From the NCBI GenBank assembly GCA_050012035.1, contig JBEKHY010000019.1, positions 971 to 64,970 on the forward strand: a DNA stretch of 64,000 bases, written 5' to 3'. The translations under genes were made by a program, and so were the position numbers. Every line of letters starts with the position of its first letter. The stretch's first letter is position 1. Below, piece by piece: positions 54,439-63,700 of this stretch. Source of the DNA: Verrucomicrobiota bacterium. Its GTDB lineage: Bacteria > Verrucomicrobiota > Verrucomicrobiia > Limisphaerales > UBA11358. The notes under the pieces are model-generated. The model saw only the letters and a program-made list of their open reading frames with translations. It was not told where the DNA came from and made no database searches.

Positions 54439-54873
54439 ATGAAATTTCATCTCAATCTGGTCATCGCCTGGCTCTGGATTCTCCTTGGCTTCATCACCGG
54501 CATGGTGCTCGGCTTGTTCTTTCACCGTGAGAGCTGGCTCGGCGGTTACGGCAGCTTCAAACGCCGGATGTATCGGCTCGGACACATTTCTTTTTTTGGT
54601 TTGGGCGCGGTGAACCTCCTGTTTTATCTGACGACACAAAATTTATCGCTGGCCAGCCCGACCATCGGCATCGCATCGTGGGCTTTCATCGTCGGCGCGC
54701 TCACCATGCCGGTTTGCTGTATGGTCATGGCGCACTACCCGAAGGCGCATTTGATCTTCGCCGTGCCGGTGTTGAGCCTCATCACTGGTGGGGTGCTGAT
54801 GCTTTTCCTGCTTCTTGAAACCAAAGGACTGCCCGCTCTCAACTTTCAACTCTCAGCTTTCAACTCCCTATGA
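54439..54873 (+). CDS. Hypothetical 4-TM membrane protein, translationally coupled to a radical SAM gene
   Basis: Hydrophobic helices and an ATGA overlap with the next gene. The last 12 codons are encoded by a TCAAC heptamer block. Confidence 0.6.
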   Translation: MKFHLNLVIAWLWILLGFITGMVLGLFFHRESWLGGYGSFKRRMYRLGHISFFGLGAVNLLFYLTTQNLSLASPTIGIASWAFIVGALTMPVCCMVMAHYPKAHLIFAVPVLSLITGGVLMLFLLLETKGLPALNFQLSAFNSL

Positions 54874-56222
54874 AACGCATCGGCTTCATCGCCATGAGCG
54901 GCGTGCGCGCGCACAACGCCGAACTCACCCAACTCGGCCTCACGCTGCCCGGCTTTGTGGACCGCAACAAAATCATCGCGTCGCTGCCCAGCCTCGGCCT
55001 GCTCACGCTCGCCGGGCTTACGCCAAAGAAATTTGACGTGGAGTATCACGAAATTGCCGACCTGAAAAAATTGCCCGAACTGCCGGCGGATTTTGATCTC
55101 GTCGCCATCAGCACGTTCACGGCACAACTCAACGAGGCATACGAAGTCGCCGATTTTTACCGCGCCAAAAAAATTCCAGTCGTGATGGGCGGTATCACTG
55201 TCACTTCCCTGCCGGAAGAGGCGAAGGAGCATTGCACCAGCGTAGTCATCGGTGAAGGCGAACCGCTCTGGCCGGAAGTCGTCGCCGATTTCGAACGCGG
55301 CGCGCTAAAGTCAATCTACACGCCGTCGAAGGAATTCGATCTGGCCGACGCGCCGATGCCGCGTTTCGCTTTGCTCGACCCGGACAAATACAACCGCCTC
55401 ACCGTCCAAACCAGCCGCGGCTGTCCGCATCGCTGCGAATTTTGCGCCAGCTCCATTTTGCTGACGCCGCGTTACAAGGTGAAGCCGGTGAAAAAAGTCA
55501 TCGCCGAAATCCATGAGATCAAAAAAATCTGGCCGCGCCCGTTCATCGAGTTTGCCGACGACAACAGTTTTGTCCACCGCGAGCACTACAAAAAACTATT
55601 GCGCGAGCTGGCGAAGGAAAAGCTCCGCTGGTTCACCGAAGCCGACGTGCGCGTGGCCGATGACGACGAACTGCTCGGCCTCATGCGCGATTCCGGCTGC
55701 CAGCAGGTTCTGATCGGCCTCGAAAGCCCGAGCCGCACGAGTCTTTACGGTCTGGAATTGAAATCGAACTGGAAACTGCGCCAGCAGGATTTTTACAAGG
55801 AAGCCATCGCGAAGATTCAATCCTACGGCATCACCGTCAACGGCTGTTTCATCCTCGGCCTCGACGGCGACACGCGCGACGTGTTCGACGACGTGCTCAA
55901 GTTCGTGCGCGACTCCAAGCTCTACGAGGTGCAGGTGACGTTCATGACCGCGTTTCCCGGCACGCCGCTTTACGCGCGGCTGAAACGCGAAGGCCGCATC
56001 ATCCGCGACCGCGCGTGGGAGCTTTGCACGCTGTTCGACATCAACTTCATGCCTAAAAACATGGGGGTCGCCGAATTGCAAAGCGGTTTCTTGAAACTGG
56101 TGAAACAACTTTATTCCGCCGAAGAAACTCACGAACGCCGTGTAAAATTCAAACGCAGGTTGAAATTGTCGCCGAATTTTGGCCGCCGGGCGGCGCGGGA
56201 GGCGCAGGCGCTCGCGGCGTGA
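54870..56222 (+). CDS. B12-binding domain-containing radical SAM protein
   Basis: N-terminal Rossmann-like B12-binding region (..LVAIS......A...A......IPVVMGG). CPHRCEFC (CxxxCxxC) cluster. The C-terminal region resembles DUF4070. Confidence 0.85.
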   Translation: MKRIGFIAMSGVRAHNAELTQLGLTLPGFVDRNKIIASLPSLGLLTLAGLTPKKFDVEYHEIADLKKLPELPADFDLVAISTFTAQLNEAYEVADFYRAKKIPVVMGGITVTSLPEEAKEHCTSVVIGEGEPLWPEVVADFERGALKSIYTPSKEFDLADAPMPRFALLDPDKYNRLTVQTSRGCPHRCEFCASSILLTPRYKVKPVKKVIAEIHEIKKIWPRPFIEFADDNSFVHREHYKKLLRELAKEKLRWFTEADVRVADDDELLGLMRDSGCQQVLIGLESPSRTSLYGLELKSNWKLRQQDFYKEAIAKIQSYGITVNGCFILGLDGDTRDVFDDVLKFVRDSKLYEVQVTFMTAFPGTPLYARLKREGRIIRDRAWELCTLFDINFMPKNMGVAELQSGFLKLVKQLYSAEETHERRVKFKRRLKLSPNFGRRAAREAQALAA

Positions 56223-56281
56223 AATTGGATTGATTGCTGGAATGATTCGGTTCAAAACAACGACACAACCCGGAGAGAAAA

Positions 56282-57532
56282 ATGAAACACGCCGACATCC
56301 AGAAACTTCATGACGCCGGGCTTATCACTGATGAGCAGCGGCAGAAAATCATCGACCAATTTAAGCTCAAGGAGGATGGTGGCAATTTTCTCACCATTGT
56401 CTCCATCATTGGCGCAGTACTCATCGCGGCGGGGATCGCGCTGCTGATTTCCGCGCATTGGAACGAAATCCCGCGCGGCGTGAAAATCGCCGGCGGCCTC
56501 GCGCTCATGCTAGGCTTCCACACAGGCGGCTGGTGGTTGCGCGAAGGTGGGGGCGATGCCTCGTCGCCGACACTTTCTGCTACGGGGGCGTTGCAGTCAC
56601 GGGGCAAATACCGGAAGACCGGCGAGGCGCTGCACCTCATCGGCTCGTGCCTGTTTCTGGCGAACATCGCGTTGCTCGGCCAGATTTACAACATCATCTC
56701 ACGTCCGCCGAACGCGTTTCTCCTCTGGTGGATTGGCATTGCCGCGCTGCCATGGCTGTTGCGCTCCAAGCCGCAACACGTCCTGCTGCTGCTCGCCTTC
56801 GGCATCTGGTTCGGCTTGGAGGTGAACGAACGCGGCAGTTGGATTTACTGCGGCGACGACGAGCGACAGGTTCTGCTCTACGCGCTGCTGGGTCTGGCCT
56901 GGCTCGGTGCCGGCTGGCTGTTGCGGCGTGGCGCGTTCGCCGGATTTGCCGGCGTGACGGAGAAATTCGGCCTGCTCGCCTTCCTCATCTTCGTTTTCCC
57001 GCTGACGTGGAAAGACTTTTTCGGCGACTGGGAAAATTCCGAAATCCACCAATGGGTTTTCCCCGCGCTCGGCGTGCTCGCATTGCTGCTGCCGGCGATT
57101 GGCCTGAAAAATCTCACCGCGCTCACCCGGCAATGGCGCTGGACTTGGTTTGCCGCGTTGCTGGGGATGGTGGTCTTCATGGTGACGGTTTGGTTCGGCT
57201 GCTGGCAGCTTAATCATGCCGGCTTGCACTACTATTACTGGGCCGATTCGTGGGGTTACCTCGTCGCCACCATCGCGCTGTTCGTCTTTTGCCTGCTGCA
57301 AATCCAGATCGGCCTCCAGGAACGCTCGCCGTTTCTGGTGAACCTCGGCGTCGTCTTCATCGCGCTCGACATCATCGCGGCCTACTGCGACTTGCTCGGC
57401 TCGATGGCGCGCACCGGTCTGATGTTCGTCATGTCCGGCGTGTTCCTGATTTTGTTCGGTGTTTATCTCGAAAAGAAACGCCGCGCGTTGATGCAACAGA
57501 TCAAATCGCAAACCACAGGAGCAAAACTATGA
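56282..57532 (+). CDS. DUF2157 domain-containing membrane protein
   Basis: N-terminal soluble helix (LHDAGLITDEQRQKIIDQF), then ~11 TM helices. A GDYXXLXY gene lies nearby, as is typical. Confidence 0.7.
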   Translation: MKHADIQKLHDAGLITDEQRQKIIDQFKLKEDGGNFLTIVSIIGAVLIAAGIALLISAHWNEIPRGVKIAGGLALMLGFHTGGWWLREGGGDASSPTLSATGALQSRGKYRKTGEALHLIGSCLFLANIALLGQIYNIISRPPNAFLLWWIGIAALPWLLRSKPQHVLLLLAFGIWFGLEVNERGSWIYCGDDERQVLLYALLGLAWLGAGWLLRRGAFAGFAGVTEKFGLLAFLIFVFPLTWKDFFGDWENSEIHQWVFPALGVLALLLPAIGLKNLTALTRQWRWTWFAALLGMVVFMVTVWFGCWQLNHAGLHYYYWADSWGYLVATIALFVFCLLQIQIGLQERSPFLVNLGVVFIALDIIAAYCDLLGSMARTGLMFVMSGVFLILFGVYLEKKRRALMQQIKSQTTGAKL

Positions 57533-58668
57533 AAAATCCAATCATAAATATGAGTTCATTCCGCGCAGTGGCCATGCCGATGTCAATGGTCCTGCTCGCG
57601 GTGTGCGTCGGTTGTTTCTCGGTTGCCGCAGAACCGCAAGCCGGCATTGCGCCGGAACAGCAGCAGCGGCTGGAATTGATGAAAGCCAAGGGGCCGGACG
57701 CTTCGCTGACCATCCTCCCCGTGCGCCTGGCGGGCAAACCGTGGGATCGCGTGACCGAGGTGGTCGGCGTTCTTCTCGAACAGCAGGGATTGAGAAACAT
57801 TGAGCTTGGACAAACGCCGTTCACGCCGACTCACACGAATTTGGAAAGTTTGGCGGCCGCCGTCGGTGCCTTTGTGAAGACAAATCCGATCACCACCGGC
57901 TACGCGCTTTACGCCGAATACAATGGTGATCGTCAAACCGGATTGAATGAACTGCGCGCGGTCGTCGTGGATCAAACTGGCGCAGTAGTCTGGACGGACC
58001 GTCAGACGCCGCAGGACGAGGCGTTCAAGAAACTGGAAGAGCGGGACCCGATGACGATGTCCGTTCTGCTCGTCGAACGGCTGAGTCCGCAACTCGGCCT
58101 CAACGAAGAAACGGCCAAGGCGGCCAAACCGGGCAAGATGGCGGCCATCATGGATCAGCGGAGCGGCCTGCCTCCCGAGAATGAAAGGGCCGCCCTGCCC
58201 GAACGCCAGAAGGCGATGAAACAAGCGCTGCCCGGCGCGACGCTGCTGGTTTATCCGGCGCGGATTGGCGGGAACGCGGTCAGCGTCCCCAGCGCCACCA
58301 ACCTCGTGCGGCTGCTCAATGAAGCGGGCTTGTGCAAAGCCGTTCCGGCCGAACAGACGGTTCTCCTCAAAACTTCGCTGGCCGACCCGAATGAGCTGAA
58401 GGCACTCTGGAATCTGGCGCGCGAGTTCCGGGATTATGTCCGCGCACATCCGCCCGCAGCCGACTACGCTCTTTACGCGGACTACGTTTTCAATCCGCAA
58501 AACGCGGAGCAGGGATTCGTGCATTTCGTGGTGTGCGACCGCAAGGGCGAGTGGGTGATTGTGGACATGCAAAACTCACATCATCCCGATTACCAGAGCA
58601 TCGGGGTCATTTCCCGCGACCGGTGCAACCAACTCCTCGTCAAGCGTCTGGCAGGATACCTGAAATGA
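57529..58668 (+). CDS. Hypothetical lipoprotein with an internal two-fold domain duplication
   Basis: Lipobox-like LLAVCVGC. There are two ~130-aa halves, each with ..L.(I/V)(L/Y)P.R..G.... and ..YALYA(E/D)Y.... ATGA overlap with DUF2157. Confidence 0.6.
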   Translation: MKNPIINMSSFRAVAMPMSMVLLAVCVGCFSVAAEPQAGIAPEQQQRLELMKAKGPDASLTILPVRLAGKPWDRVTEVVGVLLEQQGLRNIELGQTPFTPTHTNLESLAAAVGAFVKTNPITTGYALYAEYNGDRQTGLNELRAVVVDQTGAVVWTDRQTPQDEAFKKLEERDPMTMSVLLVERLSPQLGLNEETAKAAKPGKMAAIMDQRSGLPPENERAALPERQKAMKQALPGATLLVYPARIGGNAVSVPSATNLVRLLNEAGLCKAVPAEQTVLLKTSLADPNELKALWNLAREFRDYVRAHPPAADYALYADYVFNPQNAEQGFVHFVVCDRKGEWVIVDMQNSHHPDYQSIGVISRDRCNQLLVKRLAGYLK

Positions 58669-58747
58669 AATTTCCGGCAAAGAAACGGAGCGCGCCATGA
58701 ACCGGCGGGAAATTTTGAAACCAAAACAAAACCAAAACGAAAGAAAC

Positions 58748-59539
58748 ATGACCATGAAAAACAAACTATGGCTGATGGCTGTGTACAGCACGTTGCTGGC
58801 TGCCGCCGCGTCGGGACAAAATGCTCCCGCAGCGGGCACAAATGCAGATACCGCAGATGCGTACGTCCGCAAAGGGACGCAATTGATCAACCACCAGACG
58901 CCTGGTCAGGCCTTGAAAGCCTTCGAGCAGGCTTCCGCACTTCAGCCTGACAACGAACGGGCGGCGCTCGGACAATACATCAGTCTCGTGCAATTGAATC
59001 GGGCGAATGACGGAGCGAAAGTCTTGGACAAATGGGTGGCAGCCAAAGCAGATGATCCCCGACGCTGGTTGTGCAAGGCCATGGCTGAAGCTCAAACGGA
59101 CCGGCCCGAGGCAGCGTTGAAGTCTTTTGAGAAACTCACCGAGCTTCAGCCGAACGAAAGCGGCAATTGGGTTGGCAAGGGAGAGATGCTTGAGGCGTTG
59201 AAGCGGGATGCCGAGGCGTTGAAAGCTTTTGACCAGGCGATCACGCTGAATCCGAAACACGAGGCAGCCTGGGGCGACCGCGGCAGCGTTCTGAACAGAT
59301 TGGGGAAGTATGACGAGGCGATTAAGTCTTGTGACAAAGCCATCGAACTCGCTCCCAAGTGGGCCGATCCACTTTACAATCGTGCCTGTGCGTATGCCGG
59401 GAAAGGCGACAAAACCAACGCACTCGCCGACCTTAAGCAAGCCATCGAACTACAACCTTCATTCAAGGCCGAGGCCGTCAAGGAAGCCTGTTTCAAAAAC
59501 CTGCACGGCGACCCGGATTTCAAGAAGTTGACGGAATAA
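58748..59539 (+). CDS. Tetratricopeptide repeat protein (secreted)
   Basis: Signal peptide and 5-6 TPR units (..A...F..A..L.P.N..A...). Confidence 0.8.
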   Translation: MTMKNKLWLMAVYSTLLAAAASGQNAPAAGTNADTADAYVRKGTQLINHQTPGQALKAFEQASALQPDNERAALGQYISLVQLNRANDGAKVLDKWVAAKADDPRRWLCKAMAEAQTDRPEAALKSFEKLTELQPNESGNWVGKGEMLEALKRDAEALKAFDQAITLNPKHEAAWGDRGSVLNRLGKYDEAIKSCDKAIELAPKWADPLYNRACAYAGKGDKTNALADLKQAIELQPSFKAEAVKEACFKNLHGDPDFKKLTE

Positions 59540-59565
59540 AACACAATGCGTGGAAAGGATCGGCC

Positions 59566-60108
59566 ATGAAACTCAAACTGCTCATCCTCGTCCTCGCGAT
59601 GCAAACCGCGTGGCTACTCGGCACGGTCGTTGTGCAGGAACGCGCCCTCGCCACCGGCAAGGTCATTCTGCTCGAAACCCGGCGGGTTGACCCGCGTGAC
59701 CTGCTGCGCGGTGATTATTTGATTTTGAATTACAAAATCAGCGACGTGCCGGTGAATTTGTTTTCACCGCCGGTGAAAAAGGATTTGCCCTATGGCACAA
59801 AAGTTTTCGTCGCGCTCGCGCCCGGCACGAACCGGTTCTACGAGGTCACACGCGCCAGCACCAACTCGTTCAAGCCGGGGTCAAACGAAGTCTTACTGCG
59901 CGGCAAGACCGACGAACGTTGGTGGAGCACCAACTCCATCCACGTCGAATACGGCCTCGAAAATTTTTACGTCGCCGAAGGCACGGGCAATCCGACCGGC
60001 AAACTCACCGTGCAGGCTGTCGCGCCCGCATCCGGCCATCCGAAAATCAAGGAAGTGTTCCTGGACGGCAAGCCTTACGCCGAGGTGATGAAAAAAGAAG
60101 CGCGGTGA
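59566..60108 (+). CDS. GDYXXLXY domain-containing protein
   Basis: N-terminal TM, then DPRDLLRGDYLILNYKI, which exactly fits the GDYxxLxY signature. Confidence 0.8.
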   Translation: MKLKLLILVLAMQTAWLLGTVVVQERALATGKVILLETRRVDPRDLLRGDYLILNYKISDVPVNLFSPPVKKDLPYGTKVFVALAPGTNRFYEVTRASTNSFKPGSNEVLLRGKTDERWWSTNSIHVEYGLENFYVAEGTGNPTGKLTVQAVAPASGHPKIKEVFLDGKPYAEVMKKEAR

Positions 60109-60166
60109 ACGGCACCCTGGCCGATGGCTGATGCCACAGCAATGAAGTGGCGACTGGATGGTGAAC

Positions 60167-60190
60167 CGGCGTGCAGTCACGCCGCTGTTT
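60167..60190 (+). terminator. Candidate terminator after the GDYXXLXY gene
   Basis: CGGCGTG-cagt-CACGCCG then CTGTTTTCT. It overlaps the stop codon of the convergent REC gene. Confidence 0.45.
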
Positions 60191-60638
60191 TCTCCACTTT
60201 TGGCGGAAGCCCGTTGTCGCTCTGACCATCCGGGAGGGCCCTGTCCCTGGCCGGCATTTCCGCCAGCAATTGCTGGATGGCTTGCAGCATCATCGGAAAC
60301 GTGCAGTGGTCTTTGAGGAAACGCCGGTGGGCACCCTCCAACACATATTCCTCATCCGCGTCAATGATCGAGTTGGTTGACAGGATGATGACCGGAACGG
60401 TTTTGAGACGGGGATTGGCGCGCATGAATCTGAGCACTTCCCCGCCGTCGAATTTGGGCAGCATTAAATCCAGCAGCACCAAATCCGGAACCAGCCGGAG
60501 CAGGATCCTCATCGCCTCCAAACCGTCTTTTGCCGCCTCGACGGAAAATCCCTCCTGTTCCAGACGACGCCGATACGCCGTCAGCGCGACCGGGTCGTCC
60601 TCAACGTAAAGTATGGTCCTGGCTTTGATCGCATCCAT
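60177..60638 (-). CDS. Single-domain response regulator (receiver only)
   Basis: ILYVEDD...DLVLLDLMLPKFDG...PVIILST.., all REC hallmarks. Confidence 0.85.
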   Translation of the reverse strand: MDAIKARTILYVEDDPVALTAYRRRLEQEGFSVEAAKDGLEAMRILLRLVPDLVLLDLMLPKFDGGEVLRFMRANPRLKTVPVIILSTNSIIDADEEYVLEGAHRRFLKDHCTFPMMLQAIQQLLAEMPARDRALPDGQSDNGLPPKVEKTAA

Positions 60639-60755
60639 GTTCGTGACGGCTGGCCTGTTCGCGGTTTCATCGGCAAAACGCCCGTTTGGCGCCGGCCCAA
60701 CCGCCTTTGCCGGGCAATTTTGCAGCAGTGCTCATGCCAGAAAACATGAATACCG

Positions 60756-63700
60756 ATGGCACTTTTCCGGCCTTTCACCATCGCGTCAGGCGATGCCGCA
60801 CGAAGGTTTTTCAATTCACAGTTTGCTGCGCGAAAGGTTAGCCTTGACGCCGTGAACGAGACGCGGACGCCAGACCCCAGACCCCGGACCCCGGATGCCA
60901 CACCGGCTGCGCCGGAGCGACCTGCCGCGCCGGAACGCAGTGAAGGCGGACGCGGTTTCTGGGCGCTCATCGTCACGCAGTTCCAGGGCGCGTTCAGCGA
61001 CAACGCGCTGAAATGGCTCGTCATCTTCATCGTCATGGGCCTGGGTCTGCCCCACGATGAGCGCGACCGGCTGTTCGGGATCGTCGGCGCGGTGTTTGCC
61101 TTGCCGTTCATTGTGTTCTCGATGACGGGCGGGTTTTTCGCCAACCGGTTCAGCAAGCGCACGGTGACCATCGGCGTGAAATGCTTTGAGATTTTGGTGA
61201 TGCTGCTGGCGCTGACCGGGCTGGCGACGAACCATCTTTACCTGACGATGGCGTGCGTGTTCCTGATGGGCATTCACAGCGCCATCTTCAGTCCGTCGAA
61301 ATACGGATTGTTGCCGGAACTGCTGCCGGAGAAAAAATTGTCCTGGGGCAACGGCGTGCTGGAGTTGGGCACGTTCCTGGCCATCGTCGGCGGCACGGTC
61401 GCCGGCGGCTGGCTGTGCCACACGTTTTCTGCGCAACCGGCGTGGTCAGGCGCCATATTGGTAACGCTGGCGGTGGCCGGATTGATGACGAGCCTCGGCA
61501 TCACGCGCGTACCCGCCGCCGACCCTGCCAGAAAATTTCGCGCCAACTTCCTCGCCGATTTGTGGCAGCAAATCCGCATCGTCCGGCGCGACCGCACCTT
61601 GTGGCTGGCGTTGCTGGGCAACACGTACTTCTTCGCCATCGCGGCGCTCATTCAGTTGCTCATCGTCATCTACACAACGGACGCACTGCATATCCGTGAT
61701 CCTGCGTGGAGCAGTTATTTGCAGGAGGCCACCTTGATCGGCATCGGGCTGGGCAGTTTTGCGGCGGGCTATTTGTCCGGCGGCAAGATCGAATACGGAC
61801 TCATCCCGCTCGGGGCCATCGGGCTGACCATCGGCAGCGCGTTGCTGGGGCGGCATGGCCTTTCGTTCGGCGCCGTGGCCCGGGATCTGGCGTTGCTGGC
61901 GTTCTTCGGCGGATTTTACATCGTGCCCATCTCGGCGCTGCTGCAACACCGGCCCGCCCGCGAACAAAAGGGCGGCGTGCTGGCGGCGGCCAGCCTGCTC
62001 TCCTGGGTCGGGATTCTGCTCGCGTCGGGTGCTTTTTATCTGCTGACGGTCACATTGAAACTGTCGCCGCCGAAGATTTTCCTGCTCATCGCCGGGGCGA
62101 CCTTTGCCAGCACCATTTACCTCATCTGGCTGCTGCCGGATTCATTGCTCCGATTTCTGTTGTGGTGCGCCACGCATTCGTTTTACCGCATCCGCGTCCT
62201 GGGCCGCGACCATATACCCGAAAAGGGCGGCGCGCTCTTCGTCTGCAATCACGTGTCGTTTGTGGACGCGCTGCTGCTGCTGGCTTCCACCGACCGGCGG
62301 GTACGGTTCATGATGTTCAAGGGGCATTACGAACTGCCTTACATCAAACCGTTTGCCAAAATCCTCGGTATCATCCCGATTTCCTCCGAGCAGCGGCCGC
62401 GCGAAATGCTCAAGTCGCTGCAAACCGCCGGCGACGCCATCCGCGCCGGCGACGTGGTCTGCATTTTCGCCGAGGGCCAGATCACGCGCATCGGCCATCT
62501 GCTGCCGTTCCGGCGCGGCTTCGAGCGCGTCATGAAAGATGTGGCAGCGCCGATCATTCCGGTGGCCATTGACGGCGTGTGGGGCAGCCTCTTCAGTTTT
62601 CACAAAGGCCGGTTCCTCTGGAAACAGCCGCGGCGCTGGCCCTATCCCGTCACGATCAACTACGGCCAGCCGTTGCCGCCCACGGCCACGCCCGTCCAGG
62701 TGCGCTCGGCGGTGCAGGAACTGCTCGTCGAAGCCTGGCAGGCCCGCAAGTCGCGCATGCGTTCGCTGCCCATCGCCTTCATCAACACGGCGCGCAATCA
62801 TCCGTTCCGCTTCGCGATGGCGGACGCACAAAATCCCAGGGTCAGCTTCGGCGCGGCGCTGGTGCGGTCTGTTTTTCTCGCCCGGCGGCTGCGAACAATC
62901 TGGTCGGAGCAGCGGATGGTCGGTCTGCTGCTGCCGCCGTCGGTGCCGGGCGCGCTGGTCAATTACGCCGCGTTGTTGCTCGGCAAGGTGCCGGTAAATT
63001 TGAATTACACCGTGTCGGAAGAAACCCTCGCCTCGTGCCTCCGGCAATGCGACCTCAAAACCGTCGTCACCTCGAAAATGTTTCTCGAAAAGCTCAAACT
63101 CAAACTGCCGTGCGAAACCGTTTTGCTGGAGGAAGCGGCGGCCAAGCCCGGCATCGGCGAGCAGCTCGTCGCCTTGCTCAGCGCGTGGCTCGTGCCGGAC
63201 CGCTTTTTGCAGCGATGGCTGGGCGCGGAAAGAAAAACCCGCCTGGACGATCTGGCTACCGTGATATTCTCCAGCGGCAGCACCGGCGACCCGAAAGGCG
63301 TGATGTTGAGCCATTACAACATCGGCTCGAACGTCGAGCAGCTCGAACAGGTGTTCGGCTTAGGCCGCCGCGACGGCGTTCTGGGCATCCTGCCGTTCTT
63401 CCATTCATTTGGGTTCACCGGCACGCTCGGCCTGCCGGCGGTGTTGGGCGTGGGCGTGGTTTATCATCCGAATCCGCTCGAAGCGAAAGCCATCGGCCCG
63501 TTGGTGCGCGACCACCGGCTCACCTTCCTGCTCGCCACGCCGACATTTTTGCAACTCTATCTGCGCGGCTGTTCGGCGGAGGATTTCGGCAGCCTGCGCG
63601 TGGTGATGACCGGCGCGGAAAAGCTGCCCGACCGGTTGGCGGCCGCGTTCGAGGAACAGTTCGGCCTCCGCCCGCTCGAAGGCTACGGTTGCACCGAATG

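Noticed and set aside
57250-57528. N-terminal extension of the 472-aa ORF overlapping the DUF2157 gene
   Set aside because: The extension is Arg/Pro/His-rich and out of character. An ATG at 57529 gives a lipoprotein signal peptide and an ATGA overlap with the upstream stop.
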